DNA of 24,000 nucleotides from Legionella fairfieldensis ATCC 49588 (GTDB lineage Bacteria; Pseudomonadota; Gammaproteobacteria; Legionellales; Legionellaceae): NCBI RefSeq assembly GCF_000621525.1, contig NZ_JHYC01000019.1, positions 27,906 to 51,905 of the forward strand, read 5' to 3'. Shown piece by piece: positions 23,751 to 24,000 of this stretch (position 1 is its first letter; each line of letters starts with the position of its first letter). The notes under the pieces were generated by a model. It saw only the letters and a program-made list of their open reading frames with translations, ran no database searches and was not told where the DNA came from. The position numbers and the translations under genes were made by a program.

Positions 23751-24000
23751 TTGAAATTATTTAATGCAGGGAGTGATCCACTGCAACCTTTTTCAAATAA
23801 TGAGTGGTCTTTGCACACCGAAAAAGATCAAACTACACTAACACAGCGCCTGTCCAATATAAACGTAATGGATATTTTGAACGACACGATTCAAACATTA
23901 ACAAACACTCATTTAAAATTCGAAGATATTTCCTTCTCCATTGATCAACAAATTCGCAACCTGACTTATGATCCTGTCTTTACGTATTTACCTGCAACAG
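22446..24000 (+). pseudogene. Continuation of the ankyrin-repeat gene in the +1 frame (open to the window end; first ATG at 22662); together with 21983..22510 a probable frameshifted single gene
   Basis: Not in the supplied track. The frame is open from 22446 to 24000 (verified codon by codon). ANK-like motifs occur twice: NQGDTLLHVY / ENGDTLLHVY, DNEGNNALHIG / DNEGNNALHMG, and NSKGITPLDKLL / NKKGVTPLGRLL. There is no SD or start codon at the 5' end of this frame. Confidence 0.6.

Noticed and set aside
1-24000. CRISPR arrays, rRNA/tRNA genes, IS transposases, integrases
   Set aside because: There are no regularly spaced direct repeats, no rRNA or tRNA-like sequence, and no ORF with transposase or recombinase features. 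The repeat elements at 21441-21923 are non-autonomous within this window.

Overview
This 24-kb chromosomal segment looks like an AT-rich Legionella-type (Legionellales) gammaproteobacterium. That assignment is inferred only from gene content and composition. All homology calls were made by eye and from memory; no searches were run.

Left third (minus strand): a very compact histidine operon, hisG-D-C-B-H-A-F-IE. Its last gene overlaps (ATGA) the start of purH, which runs off the window. A TrpR-fold YerC/YecD-like regulator gene sits upstream of the operon.

Middle:
- an LpxO-like Asp/Asn beta-hydroxylase
- an Mpg-type 3-methyladenine glycosylase
- a small secreted Gly/Tyr/His-rich Cys4 peptide
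- an orphan three-gene minor-pilin module (61-aa PilV-like, PilW-like, PilX-like) with no pilY1/pilE
- a second hisC-family aminotransferase
- an AT-rich orphan ORF with a Dot/Icm-effector-like C-terminus
- phhB

Right: queA, a short divergent tgt-like gene, yajC, secD and secF (minus strand), then a DUF1840-like gene and the ABC-F gene yheS (plus strand). After these comes a 0.75-kb non-coding stretch packed with inverted-repeat elements. The window ends in an ankyrin-repeat gene that carries an internal ~0.78-kb tandem duplication and a frame disruption, and that runs off the window.

Three coding frames I read directly are absent from the supplied ORF track: purH 1..246, 21983..22510 and 22446..24000.

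Most interesting observations:
1. The tgt-position gene keeps the Zn site but lacks the catalytic Tgt motifs.
2. The YerC/HisR-like regulator is paired with a palindrome at the predicted his transcription start.
3. Two TIR-bounded elements lie directly upstream of the ankyrin gene (145 bp with 20-bp perfect arms; 249 bp with 41-bp arms).
4. The minimal minor-pilin module sits next to the secreted Gly-rich peptide.

No rRNA, tRNA, CRISPR array, transposase or recombinase gene was seen.
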